From the NCBI RefSeq assembly GCF_009914755.1, contig NC_060929.1: a stretch of 64,000 bases of DNA. One strand, written 5' to 3'. Position 1 is the first letter of the stretch; each line of letters begins with the position of its first letter. This document shows, in pieces, positions 55,064-64,000 of the stretch. The notes beneath the pieces were generated by a model, which ran no database searches, was not told the origin of the DNA, and worked only from the letters and a program-made list of their open reading frames with translations. The DNA is from the human T2T-CHM13v2.0 reference genome, Homo sapiens. The position numbers and the translations under genes were made by a program.

Positions 55064-55094
55064 ATGGCAATTTATTAAATAATTTATTCATTCA

Positions 55095-56280
55095 TTTTGT
55101 ATTATTTTTAAACCATTTATATTGAAATAATTATAGTGAGAATCAGGTTTGCTAATTACCAGTCTCAAAGGAGGACTTCCAATGCATAGAGGATAGCAAA
55201 TGTCATCCACCAGGAATAGCAGTTCTAACACTTCTGCCCACTGCATCTTGGGCTCCGGTTTCAACAATTGCCTGAATCCGATGTGAGAGAACACACTTAC
55301 ATGCAGCAAGTTATATGAATTTAGGTTTATTTCTTACAGATAGGCAGCAAGAGACAAAAAAAATCCTAGACTCCATTGTGAGTCAGTCCCCTCAGGCTGG
55401 AAAAAGCTGTTCAGAGTGGATGGAGTCTTGACTGAGCATGACCCCCTTTGAGTGAAAGGCAGCCTGCCTTTCAAGTATATAACCCAGGTTATATACTTCA
55501 GGGGCGGTGTGACTCGCTGGACAAAGCTTCGAAGCGCATCTTGCTTTCAGGGGAAACAGAAGGAAAGCCCAGGATGTCCCAGGTAGTTCCTCTGTGATTC
55601 ATGATGCTACATTTCCTAAGCGAGACTGGAACAAGGCCTTGACTGTTTCATGCAGTTCCTCCCTATCTCAAGGTATTGCATTCCTCACACATTCTATGGT
55701 AATTCTGAGAGCTACAAGCAGGTAGACAGGGGAAAACAGGATCATTCCAAGCCACCTGGGGAACTCTCCCATATATAGGTTCATAGGAAAGTGAAAAAGA
55801 CTCCAGAGCAGTCTCGTATCCTCCTCTCCCAATTTCCCCCAATGGTAATTCCACGCATAACATGCAGTATAGTATCAAAACCAGGAAGCTGACAATCATC
55901 AATTGGAATAATCTATACTCTCATTTATGTATGTGTGTGTGTGCATGTGTGTCTCTGTGTGCATGTAGTTCTATTAATATTTACCACACTTAAAGATTAA
56001 TATAATCACAACCACAATCAAGATACAAAACTGTGCTATCACTACCAAGAAATTTCCTAGTACTAGCCTTTTAAAATTGTACCTACCCAGCCCCCCACCT
56101 CCATAATTCCCTGCAATCATTAATCTATTCTTGATCTCTACAGTTTGGTCATTTTGAGAATGTTATGTAAAAGGAATCATTTGGTATGCAAACTTTTAAG
56201 GATTTTGTTTTTTTCTCATTCAGCCTAATACCCCAGGGATTCATCAAACCAGGTTCTTGAGTATACTAATAGTTCATTTT
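55095..56280 (-). mobile_element. Old L1MB/MC 3' end, interrupted by an LTR
   Basis: tattgaaataattatag | ...tttcccccaatggtaa...tatcaaaaccaggaagctgaca...accacaatcaagataca...gaatgttatgtaaaaggaatcat. Confidence 0.7.
55137..55773 (-). mobile_element. ERVL solo LTR, MER54-like
   Basis: Perfect TSD tatag (55132-55136, 55774-55778); minus strand ...cttgtagctctcagaattaccatagaatgtgtgaggaatgcaataccttgagataggg. Confidence 0.75.
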
Positions 56281-57022
56281 TTTTTTTTTTTTTTTTAATG
56301 AGGGACCTGGGATCCCAATCAGAAAGGAAGCTTGGACCATGATGTAACTCAAATTCTGGGTATCACATGAATAAAATGCTATTTTATTTTTAAAGTTTGC
56401 TAGCCGTCTTAGAAATTATGAAGTATATACCTTTTATTTAAAATATACAAATCTTCAGTGTTTCAGTAACCAAAAATTTAGTTCATTTTCAGACCTGTAC
56501 ACATCTCATAGTTTATATCGATTTTCTTTTAAAATGCTTACTTTGTTGGGAAACCAAATCAGTTCTCATAAAAACAGCAGCTGCTTTTTAAAAGCCATGC
56601 TTCATGATGTCCAAAGTAATTCCCCTGGGACCATCTAAATGCATATGGCTAGGAGGAAGATCAGCCTGTATTTAATATTTATATTGGATGCCAGTTCAGA
56701 TTACCGTTGACTCTTGTGAAAGCTGATGCAGAAATTTTAATTCTAAAAATTCCTCACCTTTTTGATAGCTGGCATGTGTTTTATTCTTTAAAAAAAAAAC
56801 ATTACTTTGAAAATAGCTATCATTAATTAAAAACAAACTCTGTACATTAAATCCAACTTCTAAAATGTCATTGCAGTTCTTTGGATGTCTTTAGGGCAAA
56901 ATATTTCCACCACAAGAGAAATGTGATTGTCATAAGGCTTCCTGCTTTGAAAGAGTCACTTCTTCAACAAGAAAACATCTGGGCTTGCTGATCAAAATAT
57001 ACAAGGAGCCCAGTTTTACCCA

Positions 57023-58640
57023 GTATGGTAAGTAGCCTACAAGATGGCCCCTGATGATCTTGTCCCAGTGTTATCACCTTTTTTTATTGTAACTAGATTG
57101 TTGAACCTTGCTATAGTTTGAATTTTTTTTTTCTTTCCTAAACTCATGCTGACATTCAGTCGCCATTGTAAGTTACAGTACTAAGAGTTGGGACCTCTAA
57201 GAAATGAATAGACCATTATGCTGTACACTTCTGAATGGATTAATGCTGTTATTATAAAAGTGGGTTCGTTATAAAAAGACAGGTTGGCCCCCCTTGTCTC
57301 TCTCTCTCTCTTTTTTACCTTCTTGCATGTACCCTCCAAAGATACCAGCTCCTTAATCTTGGATTTCCTAGCCTCCAGAATTGTGAGGACATAAATTTCT
57401 GTTCATCAGAAATTGCCCCATCTGTAATATTTTGTGATAGTAGCACCAAATGGACTAAGACAGGCCATGTGACTAACAGCACAAGCAAGAAGTCATGATA
57501 CGTCATGTCAGAGCTTAGGTTATAAAGACTGAAGCTTCTGTTTGGGACTTTCTTTTTCTGTTCTCTCGCTCGCAAGTGCACACTCTCACTCTCTCTCTCT
57601 CGCTCTTTCTTTTCTGTCATCAGTCACCCTGTGGGAAACCAGCATACATACCATGAGGATATTCAGAGATCCTATATAAAGGCTCATGTGGCAAAAACTG
57701 AGGTCTGCAGCCAAAAGCCAGTGAGAAGTTAAATCTTGCCAACAACCATATGAATGCTTGGAATCAGCTATTCAAGGTCTAACTGACCATTTGAATGCAA
57801 CATCATGGGAGTCCCTGAGCCAGAAACATGCAGCTAGCTGCTCCCATATTCTTGACCCACAGGAACCGTGAGATAATAGATATTTATAGCTTTAAGTCTC
57901 AAATTTCAGCAATAATTTATTATGCAGCAATAACTGGTACATAACTCATATGTAGTGAATGCAGATTTTTTTGTAATAGAAGTGGAATGCCCATATAGCC
58001 GCACCATAGCAGTGACTTTAGAAATGGCTGTTCGCAGGAGCTAAACAAAACTGTAAGGATTCTAAGGAAATACGCGATAAAAGGTTGAGCCTTGAACACA
58101 TCATTCATAGAATTTGGGACTTTGGAGAGGTACTGGTGAGCCTTTAATAGAAGGCAAACATTCTTATAGGGAACTATAAAAAAAAAAAGAGATCCACGTT
58201 AATAAGTGGCAGAACATTCAACAACCCTGTTGTCTGTAGTAATGTGAAAGGTAGAAAATGTACCTAAAAGACTAAATGATTTAGCTAAGGAAATCTCCAA
58301 CAATAATGTTGAAAGTCTGTCTTTTTTCCTTCTTGCCACTTATAGTAAAATATAACAAGACAGTAATAAGTTAAAAGCATAGCTGCTAAGCTAAAAGTAG
58401 CTAGGTCTTGCTTGTATTAAAGATTTGCAGTCTCTCCAAATGGCAAACAACGTTAAAATTAAGAAATGGTTTCCAATCAGAAATTACATTCAGGGTACTC
58501 ACTCTAAAGCATGATCTGAAGGTGGAGCTGAGGGTATGACTAAAATCCTCTAAAACCTCAGAAATATCAAAGATGGTATCTCTAAGCACTATTTAGTCAG
58601 ACAAAATGCTATCTAAAGAAGTTTCAGGTATACCTAAAAC
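57023..58640 (+). mobile_element. MLT1F-like LTR (to about 57941) plus MaLR internal fragment
   Basis: gcctacaagatggcccc..., cttgccaacaacca, ccctgagccagaa, tatgcagcaataact; then internal-like gaagtggaatgc and tagctaaggaaatctccaa. Confidence 0.7.
57109..57461 (+). mobile_element. MST-type LTR nested in the MLT1F-like LTR
   Basis: tgctatagtttgaat...gaatggattaatgctgttat...aaatggactaagaca. Confidence 0.8.
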
Positions 58641-59589
58641 ATTGTTTTCAACAATTGAAATTGAAGTTGTTGTAATGTTATTTTGAATAGTTAATAAGAA
58701 AGAACCATGAAAAACTTCCAAGTGGTTTTAATTTGTCTTGATACTCTAAAATACCATCTATTTAAAAATTTCCAACAAAAACCAAGATATACCCTTGCAC
58801 ATTTAGCTGTGAGCCCAAAATCTAGAACCCAGTCAGTTCTCACTACATCTTCAACTAACACAATGGATACTTACCGGGTTTAATAGCCACTAACTTGTCT
58901 CCCTTCTTCTTTCCTCTTCCATCATTCCTACCTCAAATCTATTCACGGTAATTTTGTGATTTTGTTCTAAAAAATTACCTAGATAATATCATTCCTTTAC
59001 TTAAAACCCTGCAATTACCCCCATTGCACTCATAATAAAAGCCCCATATCTAAAAATAGCCTAGAGTCTCTGAATAGTATGGTCCTGGTACCCCTTGATC
59101 TTACCATCAATTGTTATTTTAGACATCAAGGAGAACATATATCCAACTAGAAATTTAGTGGAGACATCAATTTGCTTAAAAAAATCCAGAGCAATTAAAT
59201 GAAATAACCAGAGAAGTAAAATAATCAGGAAGAATATGTTGAAAAAGAAGATAGGCAAAGGAAATCTAAAAATAGTCTATTGTGTACCTCTTATTGGGTG
59301 GTCCCACTTCTCCTAAACTCACAACCGTTTACAAACATATACACTAAGCTTTCTATTTGGTTCTCAGTGTCCAATTCTATAATATACATGAACAAACATG
59401 AATAGTCACACACTTAATAAAAGTCTCCATTCGTAAAGACAGTTGCCAAAATAATAATAATAATAATAAAATATATGAAAAATACAAACAGAAGATAGTG
59501 GGAGAGAGAAAGAGAGAAGAAACTGAGTAATGAATTAACTTTTAACTGTAGTAAAAATTTGAAATTTTATGAGAAAAGAAATACTAGCT

Positions 59590-59936
59590 GACTCAGAAGT
59601 CGTCAAAGGAAAACTTAAGCACATTTAAATGTTAGAGTTTATTTGATCATTCAGCAATTCATTAATGGGACAGCACTAAACCACAAGTGGCCAGCACTCA
59701 GCTGAGAGGGTTAAGAAGGAAACTTTCAAAAAGTGATTGCAGAACCAAGATGAAGAAAACAAATTTGTTTGGTTAGAATGAAAAATTCCTACAAGCAAGT
59801 TGGTGGTTTCTGACTGTTTAAATTTTTTACTTTCAATTTACCACTTACATTGGGCATTGGTTTGTTTCTGTAGAACTTTAAAGTGGCAGAGCCACTCCTG
59901 TGTAATGACCCTCCAATAAGAATCTGTTTATTAACA
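59590..59936 (-). mobile_element. ERV1 LTR, MER4 group (MER93-like)
   Basis: agagtttatttga.cattcagcaattca.taatgggacagcac...ttggtggtttctgactg...; ends ttaaca. Confidence 0.55.
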
Positions 59937-60076
59937 AACATTAAAAATATTAACATAGTTATAACAATGTAAATAATTATAATGATTTAATCTGAAATAA
60001 TGTGAAATTGTGGCATTGTTGTGAGAAAGTTGGGGTTTGAGAGCAAAATTTTTAATTACCATGAAATAAATCAACA

Positions 60077-60301
60077 GATGGGGTTTTGCCATGTTGGCCA
60101 GGCTGGTCTCAAACTATTGACCTCAGGTGATCTGCCTGCCTTGGCCTCCCAAACTGCTGGGATTATAGGAGTGAGCCACTGCACCAGGCCTGTTTTCCTT
60201 TTTTTTTTTTTTTTTTTTTTTTTTTTGAGACGGAGTTTCACTCTTATTGCCCAGGCCAGAGTGCAGTGGCACCGTCTTGGCTCATCGCAACCTTTGCCTC
60301 C
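60077..60301 (-). mobile_element. Two adjacent truncated Alu pieces (left arm 60077-60190; right-arm end plus tail 60198-60301)
   Basis: Antisense left arm ending ccaggcc, then a long T run and gagacggagtttcactctt...gcaacctttgcctcc. Confidence 0.9.
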
Positions 60302-61878
60302 AAACACCAAACAACAGTAGTATTTAATTAAATAAATATAACTAAATAAATAATAGAATGTAACTAAAAAATTGAAAATAATTTCCTCTGGAAAGAACTC
60401 AAAAATCAAAGTTGGTGGGACAAAAGAGAATTTTCAAGTTATTTGCTTTTTAGTATTTTTGTTTTTTTACAGTTTAGCTGCTTGTATTTTTTAATCTGGT
60501 AAAAAAATGAAATTTATTTTGGAAAAATGACATATCTTTTGAAGACTAAGCAGAAACAATTTCTAATATACTAGATGTTATACACTTACATGCCAAAAAA
60601 TGATTGCTACCATGTTAACAGCAACTCTCAAAAATTTCCATTTTATTGGAATACTTATTGGATATATTATATACTCTATATTTTCTGCCCTTTTCTTGAA
60701 TGTTCAATGGATATGCAATTGTATAATTTTTTATGAATAGTTTATGAGCCAATTTTCATTTATTATCTCATCATAATGGAATAAGCTTAAAAATATGAAG
60801 CTACTCTAATCACATTATCTAAACATTATAACATATTACAGCAGTTCATCTATATTAGTTACACTTTTTAGCATCAAATTAAATATAAATGACTTCATGA
60901 GTGAATGGAACCAATAAGGACACAAGAAGAAGACTGGCTCAGTGTTACAGACATATCCCAGTTGGGATTTCTTAAAAACAATTAATACTTTTAGATGTTT
61001 TATTTGAAATTGATGACAAATTGTGCATTTTTAGTGATGTTTTAAGAATTTTTGGGAAAGGAAAATAGAAAATGATCCCAAATAATCTGTACTTTTTTTT
61101 TGTTTTTTTTTTAAAGATTTTTAATAGAAAAAAGTGAACTATAAAATCTGTTTTTACATCTTTCAGTGACTCACTAAAAAAAAGTACTGTGATTTAAAAT
61201 ATCTCTAAAACACGATGAAGAGAGTCAGATTAAGCCACATATATTTTGGATTCTTCATATTAATGACTCTTAAATGTAGGCATATACATGCTATTCATTT
61301 TAAAATGAGAATACATGTAATTTCCTTAAAGGATAGACTGTAGGCTTGATAAGTACCTGAAAAATAGAGATATTCATGTAATAGCAACAATGTATTACCA
61401 AGTGCACAGGAATTTGCTGAGATTGTGACCAGTTACTTGTGCCTGCTGGGGAGATAAGTACATACCTAGGGTTTCCAAAAGTGCTACAAGAGTCCAAAAG
61501 CTATAAGGAAAAGCCAAGCCAGCTTAGCAAACTGCCCGATGGAAGCACCTTGCTAGGCAGATGGCATTATTGGAAGGAACTAACTCTGTGGGGACTAAAC
61601 TGAAAGCTTGGACGTTTGATATGGAGTCTTCTACTGAGAACTGTGTTGCATTTCTTGCTTTGTATATTCCTCTTTGTGCTGAGCTGTATTCTTTGTCTTC
61701 TTTGCTGTTATCTTTATATAAATCACAGTCACACTTGGTACACCATGTACATTTATGACTAAAGTAGAATCAGTGCAATCTTCTCAGGACCTAAGAATCA
61801 TGGTGAGTGGCCATAAATGTTAGAAATGGAAGATTTCTGGAATGACAGACATATCACACTTGTTCCAGAATGTAAGCT

Positions 61879-62221
61879 GTCTTATTCTGCTCCGGCTACT
61901 ATAAGAAACTCCACAGAATATGTGCCATTCACAATAGAAATTTTTTTCTACAGTTCTGAAGACTGGAAAGTCCAATATCCAGGTGCCAGCCAGTTTAGTT
62001 CTTAGTGAGCAGCTCTCTTCCTGGCTTGTAGACGGTTGCTTTCTCCTGTATCCTCATGTGGCCTTTCCTTCCTGTGTGCGCGCAGAGAGGGATCTCCCTC
62101 TCTATTTCGTCTTATTTGGCCTCTCAATTTATTACATTAGAACGTCTACCTTTATGAGCTCATTTAACTTTACCTCTTAAAAGCTCTATCTCTAAATATA
62201 GTCACATCAGAAATTAAACTT
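61879..62221 (-). mobile_element. MaLR LTR, MLT1A-like
   Basis: gtcttattctgctccggctacta...acagttctgaagactggaaagtccaa...ctggcttgtagacgg...aatatagtcacat. Confidence 0.8.
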
Positions 62222-63289
62222 TCATCATAATAATTTTGGGTGACACAATAGCCCATGGCACAAACCTCTGAGTTTGGTAATGAAAAAAAAAAAAAGGCAC
62301 ACTCTCAAGTGGCAGTCATATATTTCCATAGATGGGATGAAGTAAATTGAAACCAATGAAGGATGAAGGCATTAGAACTCTGCACCAAACTGTCTAAGGA
62401 AGACACAAATAGGGTGGTATTGTTGGTTATGGTGCAATGTCCCACAACCACTGAGAGTTTCCAGGATATTGGTAATTGGCAGCTAGCAACTTTCTAGGAG
62501 AAGTAGCAGTATCAGTTTTAAAAGTGGAATGGATTAGTCTTGTAGATGGAATATGTTATAATATTACTACACCAACTCCTTCTATAGAAGTATTCAGAAA
62601 AACAGGAACTATAAAAGATAGAAAATAAAGAGATAACTAAAACTTTAAATGCAGGAAGGGGTAATGATAATACTAATAAAGTTATGTCTTTTTATTCTTA
62701 AAATAATGTAATAAGAAATCTGCTTACAAATTAATGTTTGAAAATTTGTGTTTTTAATAAGCACCCCTTCCTTGGGGCATTATTGATTCTACACTTTGTG
62801 ATTTGTGCAATCTAATAATATTTTAGTGATGTATATAGTATAAAGTTCAGATGTACAAGAGACTACTGAAAAAAAACAATAAAAATTATTTAATGCAGAA
62901 ATGAAGCATCATTAGCAAATGTACAAAAAGCTATCTATTTCTTCTTAAAAGACAAATGAGTACCGTATGGCTGAGCATATAATGTCCCAAGTATAAATGT
63001 TTTAGTTAAATGTGCCTTCAAAATTTTGAAAATATCACATTATTTTAATTTCCTGAGTACCTAGATTTTTGAAATTAACCTACATGTTATCATAATTACT
63101 TATCACCAATATGATTCTTTTCAAGGTGAACTTCTAAGATATAAGAAGAGAGGGACTGGTGTTGTACATACATAGTAAAATATTATAAACATATTTATAT
63201 GAAAGGTTTCACAAAAAGGAAACTACGGGCAATGTAGGAAGAATTAGATGGACATACCTGAATAATAAGAATCAATATACCTGTGATAG

Positions 63290-63813
63290 GTATGTCTAAG
63301 GTCCCCCCTATTGATGTTCACAGCCTGGTATTTATAGCCTAATAATGATTCTTTCTCTTTGAATAGCTTTCTTCTACCAAACAGTATACCTCAATGTGTA
63401 GTAAAATGTCACTTAGACATTAGATTATAAGAGACTGACTTTTGCTTGCTAGCATACATTCTCTCTTTCTGGCTTTCATTAAAAAGTTGCCATTTGAGGA
63501 AGTCCATATGACAAGAAACTGAGGGTAGTCTCAGGCCTTCAGTCAGTTTGAAACTGATGCCCTCAGTCCAAGTACTCAAAAAGAACCCAAACTATGTAAA
63601 TGACCTTGGAAGTAAGTTCTCACCTGTGGAGCCTTCAGATGAGACTCCATCTCTTGATGACACCTTGATTGCAGCCTCATGAAAGACACTAAATTGGAGG
63701 TCCCAGCTAAGCTGCCACTGGATTTCTGACTGACAGAAACTGTGAGAAATGAATTTATGCTATTTTAAGCCAGCAGGATTGTGGTAATCTGTTACATAGC
63801 AACAGATAACTAA
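63290..63813 (+). mobile_element. MaLR LTR, MLT1E/F-like
   Basis: ctaaggtccccc, ccatatgacaagaaactgaggg, gagccttcagatgagac, cagaaactgtgaga; ends catagcaacagataactaata. Confidence 0.75.
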
Positions 63814-63904
63814 TAAAATATCTTTCTTAACCAAGGCTATATCAAGGCAAAAATTCAATAAAAATATCGAAAGCATAAACAATACAATGAAAAAGTCTAT
63901 CTCG

Positions 63905-64000
63905 TGGATAGTGTATTTCTGTTTATGTCAAATTGACCAGGCTACGGTTCCTAGTTATTCAATCAAATGCTAGTATAGGTATAGGTATTGCTATGAATGT
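63905..64000 (+). mobile_element. Start of an MLT2C/D-like ERVL LTR, running off the window
   Basis: ttatgtcaaattgaccaggctacggttcctagttattcaatcaaatgctagt. Confidence 0.6.

Overview
This is AT-rich primate genomic DNA, probably human or great ape, judged from an AluY and an L1PA3-like element. It is intergenic or deep intronic and made mostly of interspersed repeats. I see no credible host protein-coding gene: the listed ORFs are repeat-derived or chance frames. The centre (18.8-30.3 kb) is a three-level nest. An old L1MA/MB with a 5' inversion contains a near full-length L1PA15/16-like LINE-1, which contains a decayed ERV1 provirus on the minus strand (3' LTR, env, IN, RNase H, part of RT). 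The 5' breakpoint of that provirus carries an inverted gag fragment. Other content: a THE1B provirus inside an L1; a MER4/MER57-group ERV1 carrying a tRNA-Glu relic; many MaLR/ERVL LTRs; about a dozen Alus or Alu fragments; DNA-transposon relics (MER5, MER33, Tigger2a, half a MADE1); and a 3'-truncated 7SK pseudogene. I found no evidence of a new biological system. The interesting signals are footprints of mutational mechanisms: twin priming, tailless retroposition, and template-switch duplications and inversions. Subfamily names come from recalled consensus sequences and need RepeatMasker/Dfam confirmation. Boundaries without a stated TSD are approximate.
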